A DNA stretch of 63,490 nucleotides, filler included, from Reclinomonas americana ATCC 50394 (taxonomy: Eukaryota): NCBI GenBank assembly GCA_048213135.1. It is 32 parts of 32 records of this genome, joined end to end, with 100 filler letters (N's around TTAATTAATTAA, not from the genome) between each part and the next. Parts side by side here need not be neighbours in the genome. Positions count along the whole stretch, not along the records: positions 1 to 2,058 come from AFZH01025048.1; positions 2,159 to 4,215 come from AFZH01025049.1; positions 4,316 to 6,368 come from AFZH01025050.1; positions 6,469 to 8,517 come from AFZH01025051.1; positions 8,618 to 10,661 come from AFZH01025053.1; 27 more parts are not named here. One strand, given 5' to 3'. The number at the start of each line of letters is the position of its first letter. The stretch's first letter is position 1. Below are positions 1-10,761 of this stretch, piece by piece. A program made the position numbers and the translations under genes. The notes under the pieces are model-generated. The model had not been told where the DNA came from. It was given only the letters and a program-made list of their open reading frames with translations, and did no database searches.

Positions 1-57
1 GAGAGAGAGAGAGTGAGCGAGAGCGACTGAGATGAACAGGAGAAGAACGCCGCGCAC

Positions 58-885
58 TTACCCGAGCACATGTCCATGATCTCGCGATTGCTGCCGACGA
101 CGGCGTCGACATTCTCCGCATTGTAGGGGTTCTGTGCAGAAGTTTAGTCGACCACGAAGCGCTTGTGTGCTCCACGCCACTAAGAACGCAACAAAGAAGG
201 TGACGCCGTTGACCATGATGCCAATGGAGCCGCCGCCGAGGGAGGCAGGGTTTTGCGCGGGCACCGAGCTTTGCTTCACGGGGGCGCAGGGAATCGTGAA
301 GGTGGCGGTGCCAGCAGCGATGGAGTTGGGGTTGTCGGAGCGGCCGTCGCCGTTGGCGTCGCCGGTCATCTGTGGGGTGGGTGGAGAGGGAGAGGGAGGG
401 AAAGGGGTGAGGGAAGGGAGGAGAAAGGGAAGAGGAAAAGGGAGGGAAGAGGAAGGGGGGATGAGGTGGGGGAAACGAGTGGGGCAGGGACGAGTGGGGC
501 AGGGACGAGTGGGACAGAGACGAGCGGCGTAGAGACGAGTGGGGCAGGGACGAGCAACGAGAGACAACCATGATAGAGTGTGGGAGAGATAAGGGGGCAG
601 AGAAGAGTGGGGCAGAGACGACAGGGGCAGAGACGACAGGGGCAGAGACGAGTGGGGCGGAGACGAGTGGGGTGGAGACGGGCAAGCAGAGACATGAGAA
701 ACGCCAGTAAAACAGGCAAGTGCCGCCACGAAACTGGGAAAACACCGACATCATGCGAGGGAATGCTGTTGTAGGTGATGATGAGGTTGGGAGGCGACTC
801 GGTGCACGAGAGCGCATTAGTGAGGCTGAGACGAGTGCCGCCAGTCGTCGGATACACGTAGTAGCCGCCGGAGATACCAGAAGGG
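58..885 (-). CDS. YHYH-domain protein, spliced, partial (exons about 885-721, 369-194, 133-61)
   Basis: Spliced translation gives ...YNSIPSHDVGVFP / NPNSI...FTIPCAP...GSIGIMVNGVTFF / NPYNAENVDAVVGSNREIMDMCSG, matching the YHYH-family pattern NGIP.H..G.FP, NPN.I, G.IG+.+NGV.+FNP, D.CGGH; GT-AG introns. Confidence 0.7.
475..690. repeat. Intronic ~15-20 bp minisatellite (GACGAGTGGGGCAGG/AGAC variants)
   Basis: Multiple tandem near-copies of gacgagtggggcag(g/a). Confidence 0.8.
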
Positions 886-2058
886 CTGCAACCGAAAGAG
901 GGTGAGCGAAAACTGACAAAGAAACGGCCAAAGGAGTGAAAGCATGAGCGGAGATAGTGCGAATGAATATGCGACTGCAAAATGGAGTGATATCGGGAAG
1001 AGGAAGAAGAGAGGGAGGGAAAGAGAGAGCAGATATGCAAGGAGAGCGTAGGTGACAGTGTGAGAGGGGAAGGAAAAAAGGACAAAGCTAAAGACACGCG
1101 GAGATATCGAAGCTGTAAATGAGCACTTGGCAAACAAGCAAAGAGTGAGAGTGATTGAAAGCGAGAGCGAGCTAGGAAGAGGGAGTGTGAGAGACGAAGG
1201 AGGAGGAAGAATTGGGCGGGTTACAGACATGCAGTCAAATGGAGATATCGGAGGATGACTGACAGACAAGAAAGGGTGAGAGAGAGAGAGAGAGTGAGAA
1301 AGAGAGAGCGCGCGTGTGATAGAAAGAGAGCGAGGAAGAGGGTGAGACAGAGAGAATGAGATAAAGGAAGAATAGGGAAGGGTTGTAGACATGCGGAGAT
1401 ATCGGAAGCTGCAAGTGAGCACTTGAAAGACAAGCAAAGAGTGAGAAAGTGAGAGAGAGGGAGACGAAGGGAGAACGCAGTGCACTTGAGAGAAGAGGAC
1501 GAGACAGTGAGAGGCAGGAGCTTGCCAAATTTGAGATATCAAGAGGGGTGAGACAGAAAACATAGACAATGAGAGGTTGATCAACGTGAAGAGAGTGAGA
1601 GAGAGAAGAAGAAAGTGCTTCAGAGTGTGTGCGCGTGACAAGAGCAGAGAACTGAATACCCGTTCGGGAAATCAAAAAGCTCTTGACAAGACAGAAAGAC
1701 AACACAGCGTGAGTGAGGCAGACTGTGAGAGACTGTGTCTGTGAGAGACAGAGTGTGTGTGAGTGAGAAACAGAGGCACACAAGACCCCCATTCCAACAG
1801 ACAAAGCACGCACCGAAGAGGGGTCATTGGAAAACAACAACCCAATCAATAACGCTCACATGCAAAGACAGACAGACAGGGAGAGAGTCAGAGAGAGAGA
1901 GAGAGAGTGAGAGAGTGAGAGTGAGGGAGTGAGAAACAGAGAGAGTAGATAAGAAAGGAAGGAAGAAAAAGAAAGGAGAAGGCAAGAGAAACACGCACAC
2001 GCACACACAGAGGCAAACAGAGAGAGAGAGAGAGAGAGAGAGACGGAGAGAGACGGAG

Positions 2059-2158
2059 NNNNNNNNNNNNNNNNNNNNNNNNNNNNNNNNNNNNNNNNNN
2101 NNTTAATTAATTAANNNNNNNNNNNNNNNNNNNNNNNNNNNNNNNNNNNNNNNNNNNN
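2059..2158. other. Artificial contig linker (N44-TTAATTAATTAA-N44), first of 31; it puts stop codons in all six frames
   Basis: The same 100-nt block recurs every 1-2 kb (e.g. 4216-4315, 6369-6468, 8518-8617 ... 61403-61502). Confidence 0.98.
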
Positions 2159-4199
2159 TACACGCTGAGCATGCCGAGTAGCACGTGGTCCACAACAGCA
2201 CTCGCCGAACTGCCACCATTAGCATCCTCTGCGGCGAGGTCAGGGACACCTGATCCAGCCTGCCAAGCGCAAGCAATCGCGGTTTCCCTGTCAACGTCAC
2301 CACGCTCGTCCCACGTCTCGGACGACACTTCGTCGCCATTGACAAACACGGCAAACTACCACGATAAAGAAGGAGAGTGAGTGAATTGACGGCAAGGACA
2401 TGACACACAGACAGACAACGAGAAGCCTCTCACCGAGGAAGCATTGACAGAAACCACACAATAGTACCACTGACGGCACAAGAGCTTCGTGACGCACTCG
2501 GATTTGGCCAAGAGCTGCGACACCCGCATATTCATCTCCGCGTCAACAGTGATACTAAGCAGCGGCGGATCGACAGCACTTTCGGGTGTGATAGAGAAGA
2601 TGCACTGTGACGTGTGTGCGCGCGTAAGTGGGCAATCGCCATCACGCCCATTCCATACCAATCACACACGTACCATGGTGGTTTCCACGGGCGCAGGCAC
2701 GCAAAATGTCAGCACGACAGTGAACTCGGGCGCCAGTTCAACAGCACCCGAGACCGTTCGCCGTGCACTCAGCAAAAATGCAGGCACCCTATCCACCGCA
2801 GCAGCTCCACTGCTGTCACCGCAACAGAGTTACGATACGCATTGCTTGCAATGAAAGAGTGACAAACAGAACCAACCTCGCCTCCACAGCGTGGCTACCG
2901 TTGGCAGCAGGTCGCCGTCCACCACTGCTTCTGCTCCTGCTACTTCCACTTCTGCTGCTGCTGCTACTGCTGCTGCTGCCACTGCTGCTGCCAGCACGTT
3001 GCGATACGGTCGATGTTGATCGTCCCGCGGAATCCTCGCCGACTTGCGAACCCTCGTCAGAGCCAAAGTCCTCCATCTCCTCCCCCTCGTCGTCTTCGGC
3101 GTCTTCGTCGTCGTCGTCGTCGTCATCGTAGCCGACATCGTCGAAATCGCCGTGGTCATCATCGTCCAAATCACCAAAGCTGCAAGTGTCGCCGCCATGT
3201 CCATGATGATGATCATCATCATCATCGTCGTCGTCATCTTCGCCATCGTCTTCGTCGTCGTCACCGCCCTCCTCATCCTCGTCCTCATCAGTGTCGACGA
3301 CTCGCTCCGGACGCGAACGGGGTGCCGCGTGGTCAGAAGCAAGAGATTCCGCCCGACTCACCGAGCCCCCAGCCTCGTCATCCTCACCACTCTCGTTGAC
3401 CACCTTGCGCTTACGAGGAGCCTATGACAATTAGCAATAATGATCAATAGCGGCAAAGGAGAGAAGGAGACGGGCTGGGCAGTAGTGAGTCGGCGCAACT
3501 GGTCGACTCTTTCGCGTTGACTTCTTCCCGGATCGATTGAGAAGCCTCGAGGCCAAGTGCGCATCCTGCAGGCACAGTACAGGAACGGCCACTGCTTCCA
3601 GCGGCACCTCGGTGAGCTCTTGCGACAGGATGACACCGCGCACACCAGCCGTGGCGAATTCGTCGAGCAGACCGCGCAGCTGAACATGCATCTAGTCAGT
3701 TGGCAGGGAGAAAGTTACCGACGACGCTCATACATAATGAAACCTTGGACGCGGGGATAGCAGCACGCTTCCCTGAGCCGAGACCAAGGAGCACAACACA
3801 GCCTGTCGACAGTGGCTTGCGCTCGCCCACAATTGCTCCCTCCACGTCCACGCTCATTGTCACCAACTCGGACTCGGATACCTCGAACTGCTGGTCGACC
3901 GCGGCGGACGACTTGGATACCGAGCACGCGTAGTCACCGACCAAGCGCGGCGGATACACGACATGCAGCTGAAGCGATGGATAGAGTGCAGTAACATCAA
4001 GCGCGCCTTGAGAAGGCGACACAAATGGCGCCCACGTCACCAAACCCTGCACATAGATATCAACTGTGAGTCCTCTGCTCCACTCTCCCGCCACACGCCG
4101 CACACATCGAGTGCCACACCTTGAGGTCGCCTGCGACCACCGGTGTGGAGGAAGAGAAGACACGCGTGCCGACGCCTTCTTCCAGCGGAAACTCAGCAA
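2159..4199 (-). CDS. Large spliced eukaryotic protein fragment with a possible PA (protease-associated) domain and a long acidic D/E/H tract
   Basis: VYPPRLVGDYACS...VEGAIV...AGVRGVIL...VPVLCL resembles a PA domain; acidic ORF 2816-3403; several GT-AG introns. Confidence 0.35.
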
Positions 4200-4436
4200 C
4201 CAGCGTATCCAGATTNNNNNNNNNNNNNNNNNNNNNNNNNNNNNNNNNNNNNNNNNNNNTTAATTAATTAANNNNNNNNNNNNNNNNNNNNNNNNNNNNN
4301 NNNNNNNNNNNNNNNCCTCTCCCTCTCCCTCTCTCTCCCTCTCCCTCTCCCTCTCCCTTCCCCCTTCCTCGCCACCCTCTCCTCCCCCTTACCCCTCCCC
4401 ACCAGCCACCCATCCCAACGCCCACTCGCACGCGCC

Positions 4437-5846
4437 AACTGCGCACGGGTTTCGTCGTTCGCCTCCCCGAGACGCAAGACGACATTGTGCTGGTGACACC
4501 GGGTCTCCCTCGCCACCGCCGCTCTGGTACGCGCGCACAGCAGATTGATCATTTCCTCTTTCCCTGTACTCACTCCGTGCAGTGCCCGAGAACATCAAAT
4601 ACCCGTCCTTCATTCACACGGCCAAGCACGCCCGCGACAAGGTGGCCACGCCCACCAACGTGACTGTCGAGTTGGCCGCCAACTTTGTCCACGACTTCCC
4701 CGACGTGCGTTGTTATCGCTCCTCCTCCCCCCCGCATTCTCCCACCATTCATCCTCATCTCTCTCTCTCTCTTTCTCGTCCACCCACACAGGAGGCCGCC
4801 GAGTACTTGAAGGTGAACCTTTCTCATCGCCACCCTCCCTGTCAGCCTCCGCTCACTCCTCCCCCCTTTCGCAGGAGCCTCCACCACCGAGCTACGACAT
4901 CCCCGAGTGGGGCATGACCGACGCCCCGGCGACAGCCATCTTCAACGGCCAAGACGACCGCACCACCCTAGATTTGGACAGCAAGCCTGCCGACTGGACG
5001 CGCACCATTGCCTCACCGTGCCCGTTCCAGGACGGCTTCAATATGACGGAGCCTGACGGCTTGCACGATGTGGAGGCACTGGCATTCATTCGCGATCGGC
5101 CGCCACTGCCGGCAGGCCCGCACGTCACCATTATCGTGGGCGTGCTGTCGACCGACGAGGCGGTGGCGGAGCGCGAGGCCGTGCGTCAGACGTGGGGCCG
5201 CTACCGCAACGTGTACCACCCGCAGCGCAACCCGAACGGCTCGGTGCAAGTCACCTTTGTTATTGGCATGCCGCGCACGGCCAAGACGCTGGCCGATCTG
5301 CCAAAGGAGCAGGCCGAGCACGGCGACTTGTTCTTTGTCGAGACCAACGAGAATGTCGACTCGGGCAAGGTGCACGACTGGATGATTGCGGCGTTTGAGC
5401 ACTACAACGGCACCGCCGTCCGCTACCTCGTCAAGGCCGACGCCGACACCTTCCTGCGCACGGTGGAGCTGGAGCGTGAGCTTTCGCGCCTCCCCCGCCG
5501 CCGCCTGCTGTGGGGCGCCGCGCAAACCGCACACCGCGGTGAGGCCATTTACACATACGTCTCCGGCATGGCCATTGTGCTGTCGTGGGATCTGGTCGGC
5601 TGGGTACGCGAGACGCCAATCGCCACCCTCGACCTCTTCGGCCGCAACGACTGCACTCTGTCGTGGTGGTTCGCCTTCCACGGCATCCCCGTGCATCTCG
5701 TCGCCGACAATGATCGCTTCCACGACTTGCCGATCAAGGGCGCCGAGATGCCCCGCCCGCCCATCGCCTCCAGCATCGCCATGCATCGCTGCCAGTCGGT
5801 GGAGGTGGCGCAGTCGCTGATGACGCTGTTCCCCGACGCCGAGTAA
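4437..5846 (+). CDS. GT31 family (beta-1,3-galactosyltransferase-like) glycosyltransferase; spliced 5' part, long terminal exon ~4875-5846
   Basis: Motifs VGVLS...REAVRQTWG, FVIG, EQAEHGDL, YLVKADADTF (DxD) and YVSGMAIVLSWDLV. Confidence 0.85.
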
Positions 5847-5909
5847 GCAGCCCCGTTGCGACGGGGAGTAAACGCGAAGATCGCGCGGGACACGAGATTT
5901 TCGTTGTTG

Positions 5910-6189
5910 ATGGTGACGACAGGAGAGATCTTTCTCGGCATTGTGCTGGGTGCACTGTTCATCTGGCTGCTCCAGCAGTGGTGGCGAGGCGAGTTCCGCC
6001 ACGGAATCACTCTGCGTCTGCGATCGCCTTCGTCGTCTTCGTCGTCGTCGGCAGTCAAGTCGCCCATTGTGGAGGCGGCGCAGGAGCTGAGAAAGGAGAG
6101 TGATGGGCGTGACAGTGGGCGACACAGAGGCACAGTGATGAATCCGGTGCTGGCCGATGCGGTGGATGATGTCACTGATGCGACGAGAG
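5910..6189 (+). CDS. First exon of a probable signal-anchored (type II) membrane protein, or an in-frame extension of the GT31 ORF
   Basis: MVTTGEIFLGIVLGALFIWLLQQWWRG hydrophobic helix followed by an S-rich stem; GTGAGG donor at ~6190. Confidence 0.5.
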
Positions 6190-6198
6190 GTGAGGAAG

Positions 6199-6232
<34 letters not shown>

Positions 6233-6468
6233 AGAAGAAGGATCAAGCAAGAGGGACACGTGAGGAAGGAGACAGACAGACAGACAGACACAAACAGAGA
6301 GAGAGAGAGAGAGTGAGAGAGAGAGAGAGAGTGAGAGAGAGAGGAGAGAGAAGAAACGAAACAAAGAANNNNNNNNNNNNNNNNNNNNNNNNNNNNNNNN
6401 NNNNNNNNNNNNTTAATTAATTAANNNNNNNNNNNNNNNNNNNNNNNNNNNNNNNNNNNNNNNNNNNN

Positions 6469-8517
6469 CCCAGTCCAGCCAGCAAAGCAGTTGCAGGTGC
6501 CGTTGGCGTTGCAGGTGCCGTTGCCGCTGCAGTTCTCCACCGGGCGGCACTGGCAGTTGCTGCCACCTATTTTTTGTGGAGAAGAACGAGTAAGCATCGT
6601 GCACGAGAGAGATGGAGGAAAGAAGAGGGAGGACATACCAATGCCGGCGTAGCACTGGCAGGTGCCAGCGACGCACACGCCGCTGTAGAGACCAGTGCCG
6701 GCCACAGGGCCATTGCACTGAGCGCTGGTGATGCACGCGCCACCACCCACCACCGGCGGGTTCGGCTGGCCACCGTTCACGGCGCACGTCGGGCCAGAGA
6801 ACGGAGCGTTGCAGGCGCACGAGCCGTCAGCGTTGCACTGGCCACGGCCATTGCACGACTCCACGGGGCGGCAGCCACACGCCGGTCCTGTGTCACACGC
6901 ACAAGGTTGTCGTTAACGAAAAAATTGCAGTGCAGACACTTGCGCACACACACGCACCACCAATGCCCGGGAAGCACTCGCACTTGCGGGTGGTCGGGTT
7001 GCATCGGCCATTGTTGGGAGCGTTGCAAGACGTCGCATCGGCGGGGTCGCACGCCGGCGGGACCGGCACCGTCTTCTCGCAATTGTCGCCAGCAAAGCCG
7101 GTGGAGCACGAGCAGGCGCCAGTGGAGGTGAGGTGACCGTGGTTGGAGCAGTTGCGAGTCGTGCAGCCAAAAGTGACGCTGGCAAACTTGTACTGCGACG
7201 GGCACGGATCGGAGCCCGTGTCGTTCGGGAAGCGGTCGAGGTTGCCACCCGTGGCGAGGAACTCGTAGCAGAAGTACGTCGGCGGGGTCTGGTTGCACAG
7301 ACCCTGGAAGTGCAGGCTGACGTCCTTGCGGCAGGTGGTCGAGCTGACGGCGAGCGAGCTGCCGGCGGGGAGCGGGCAGGTGGTCACTGACCAAACAAAC
7401 AAAAAGAGTGCGGTTAGCAGGGCGGAGCATGAGAAGGAGTGATAATCAACAGCAACGAAACAGTCGGTGCGACCCCAGTTGGCCGAAATCGCAAAGATGT
7501 AAGTGCCAGCCGGGCACTCGGGCACGACAACACCGTCGGTGGTGGTGCCGGCATCACCGTCGTCCTGGCAGCCGGTCTTGGTGCGCACCTCCACGCAGTC
7601 AATGCCCGTGAAGCCGGCGGCGCACGACTTGCAGTTCGCGCCGGTCCAGCCGGCATTGCACACGCACTGACCCGACGAGTTGCACGTGCCGCGGCCGCTG
7701 CACGTCACGGCCGGATCGCACACCACGTCGCACTTGGCGCCGTAGCGGTTCGGCGCGCATCCCTTGCAGTCGGCACCACCCCACGGCGAGAAGCAGTTGC
7801 ACGAGCCGTCGGCGTTGCACGTACCACGGCCGGCACATGACTCAACCGGGCGGCACTGGCAGAATGCGCCATTGATGCCCGCATAGCAGTTGCACTTCTT
7901 GGTGGTGGCGTTGCAGACGCCGTTGTTGGACGACGTGCAGCTGTTGGCCACCGCCGGGTTGCACTGGTCGCACAGGGCGCCGAGCACACCAGCCTTGCAC
8001 ACACAGCCGCCAGTCGGGCCGGCGGTGCACGAGGCAGTGCCCTGCGAGTTGCAGTCGGAGCACTTGCCCGCGCAGCTGGCACCAAAGAAGCCAGCGGCGC
8101 AGTCGCCGCAGGTGGCGCCAGTAAAGTTGGCCTTACACTGGCAACCGGTGCCGCTGACGCCCGACGAGCAAATCACATTGTTGCTGCCGTCGCGAGCCGT
8201 GCCCAGCGTGCTGCAATTGGCGCACGACAGAGAGCAGGTGGCACCGTAGAAGCCAGTTGCGCAGTCAAGGCAGTTGAGGCCGGCAAAGCTGCCGCTGCAG
8301 GTGCACGTGCCGTCGTTGTTGGCCGTGCCGTGCGAGTTGCAGGTGCCGGCGTCCGAGTACTGGCAGTTGGCGCCCGCAAAGCCGGCGTTGCAGGTGCACG
8401 TGCCGGTGTTGCTAACCGTGCCAGAGCCGTTGCAGGTCATGGCGTCCGAGTACTGGCAGTTGGCGCCCGCAAAGCCGGCGTTGCAGGTGCACGTGCCGGT
8501 GCTGCTCACCGTGCCAG
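6469..8517 (-). CDS. Cys-rich EGF/laminin-EGF repeat surface protein with a SUEL (Gal/Rha-binding) lectin domain; spliced, partial at both ends
   Basis: Many CxxxGxCxxxGxCxCxxGFxGxxC repeats; ANWGRTD ... DPCPSQYKFASVTFGC matches the SUEL motifs A.YGR and DPC...K...V.Y.C. Confidence 0.85.
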
Positions 8518-8854
8518 NNNNNNNNNNNNNNNNNNNNNNNNNNNNNNNNNNNNNNNNNNNNTTAATTAATTAANNNNNNNNNNNNNNNNNNNNNNNNNNN
8601 NNNNNNNNNNNNNNNNNCCTCTCTCTCTCTCTCTGTCTCCGTTCCCCTGCTTGGCAGTCTCTCTCTCTCTCTGTGTGTACACACTCTCTGAGTGCAACTC
8701 CTCACCAAATGAACGCAAGCGCGGGAAATGTGACCGCGAAAAACACTAAGTCTTTTATTGATCAGGTGCAGGCTGTCAAGCTGCCGGGTTTGGAACCCGG
8801 CCGCCGGGTTTCAGCAGGTCAAGGTTGTCCAGGACCCAAAAAGACAAAGATGAA

Positions 8855-9060
8855 TCACAGTCGGAGATCAACGTCGACAGAGCAGCGAAACCGAACAACC
8901 TCCGCCTCCTCGACCAGGAAACAGCGTAGCACGATCTCCACCAGGCAGCGGGGATCCTTGCTTTCGTCTTCCTGCATCTCCTGCACCGCGCACAGGGCCG
9001 ATCGCGCACAATCGAGCTCCTGCCGGGCGAGACCGCATGGTGTGGACCACACTCCTACAC
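8855..9060 (-). CDS. Orphan copy of the last WD strand plus the C-terminal module of the WD40 array genes
   Basis: VWSTPCGLARQELDCARSALCAVQE...DPRCLVEIVLRCFLVEEAEVVRFRCSVDVDLRL aligns with the C-termini at 59887-60070 and 61101-61320. Confidence 0.8.
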
Positions 9061-9291
9061 CCCCAGATGCGTCCAAGTATGCACGACGTCTGTGAAACTC
9101 GGAGGAGTTGGTAAACGTTTCACAACAATTCTCGCTGTCGTGAAATTGTTGGCCGCAGTCGGCTCGGTACGCGGTCGCACAACGTCGCACTGCAAACCCG
9201 CACCGACGTTCAGTCGACTGTCAGTGTCGCGAAATCGTCGACCGATGTGCCTTCTGTATGCTCAAACAGTACCACGTTGCACGTAAATCGT

Positions 9292-10621
9292 TCACTTTTT
9301 GCGCCTCGCTGACTCACGTGGTGCAGCGGCTGTCGCGGGCTTGCGCCGAGCGGCAACAGCAGCACGTCGAGCACTGGAACGTGCACGGGCGTCCATCGCC
9401 GTATCCACAGGAACCTGGCCCCACGCGCCACCGCCGGCATGCCACGCATACAGTTCGTTGTCTTTGCGTGATTCCACCCAGTGCCGAAAGCCGATGCTCT
9501 TGGCCTGCTGTGCCGCCTTGCGGAGCTCTTGAATCGCCTTTCGGCGCCACCGCGCCGCAGCCTCTTCCACGTCAACGTCGTCGTCGTCCTCCTCCTCCTC
9601 CTCCACCACCTCATCCACCTTCCCCACTCTATCCACCTCGTGATCTTCGCCGTCCCTCTCCTCTTCGTCCTCTGCGGCCACCTCGTCACCGCCGCCAACA
9701 GAGGCCGTGGCGCTGTCACTCGCGCTCGACCGAGTCGCGAGTAGGTGGGTGTGCGAATGAGGAGCCGCCGCGCTTGCACTCGCCATTGATTCGTGGCTGT
9801 GGCGACTAGGATGTTGTTGCTGTCGCCGCGGTCGCAGACGAGCGAGGATCAACGCCTCCTCACCAGCAATAGTTGAATTCCCGCAGTCGTCATCGTCGGC
9901 GTCGGGATTCTCGACGCCCCACGGCAGTGGGCCCCAGTCCATCACCAGTGCATCGAACTGAAAACGCCGACCATCCAGTCGATTGTAGCGGTCGTGTAGG
10001 AAACAATCACCATCTTCTCCGGTGTAGCGGTGCTGTGCACACATTTCACGCACACGAATGCAGTAAGCAAGCAGAATAACACATGTATACGGCGACAAGG
10101 GAAGTACCTTGATGGCGAAGCACCGGTTACTGCCACTGCGCTTGCCAGCCACCCGATGCACCGAACATTCTCGGCACATGTGCCGGAACTGCGCAAAGCT
10201 GGAGGGGAACAACACTTTCACGTCGTCGATGATCACAGCATTCGCCAGGCGGTACCTGTGTCGCACGCGCAGAAGTACGTGAGACAACATGCGAAACAAT
10301 AATCCTCGTCATCGACAGCAGCACGACGCACACAAAGCAACGTGTCAGTGGATCAAAGCGCGCCTCGCCTGCATCGTCGTACACTGGAATGTACGGACGG
10401 TACGCCACCATGTACCGCTCGCACTCGAGTGGCTCGGAGGCCCGCACGTGACGCCGTCGGCCAGTGTAAAACCCCTCTATCCGGCAGTGCAGCACCGGGA
10501 GACTCGCGGAGCCCACTGTCTCCTGCAGAGCTGACGGTGCGTCCTTGCGCAACAGGCCGACCGACGCACCAGCGTTGATAAGACTGTGCTTGCCGAACTG
10601 GATGCGACTGAACCGGGCCAT
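9292..10621 (-). CDS. Uncharacterised Cys/His-containing protein; weak resemblance to the C-terminus of CACTA/EnSpm-like transposases, followed by acidic and basic tracts
   Basis: AQFRHMCRECSVHR...HRYTGEDGDCFLHDRYN recalls the QH.C..C...H...F+.N pattern of such transposases (by eye only). Confidence 0.3.
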
Positions 10622-10761
10622 CTGCAGCTTGCTGTGAACATTACAACGTAAGCAGATGGCGNNNNNNNNNNNNNNNNNNNNNNNNNNNNNNNNNNNNNNN
10701 NNNNNTTAATTAATTAANNNNNNNNNNNNNNNNNNNNNNNNNNNNNNNNNNNNNNNNNNNN

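Noticed and set aside
817..2058. Leu/Ser- and Arg/Glu-rich ORFs
   Set aside because: Translations of CT/GA microsatellite-rich intronic DNA
2103..2114. Recurrent TTAATTAATTAA as a CRISPR repeat or biological motif
   Set aside because: Always centred in N-runs; it is an artificial six-frame-stop linker
5844..5846. Ciliate-like TAA reassignment
   Set aside because: Conserved exons (DCAF7, RPL26, sirtuin, amylase) show no in-frame TAA/TAG, and WD40 paralogs end at the same position with TAA or TGA
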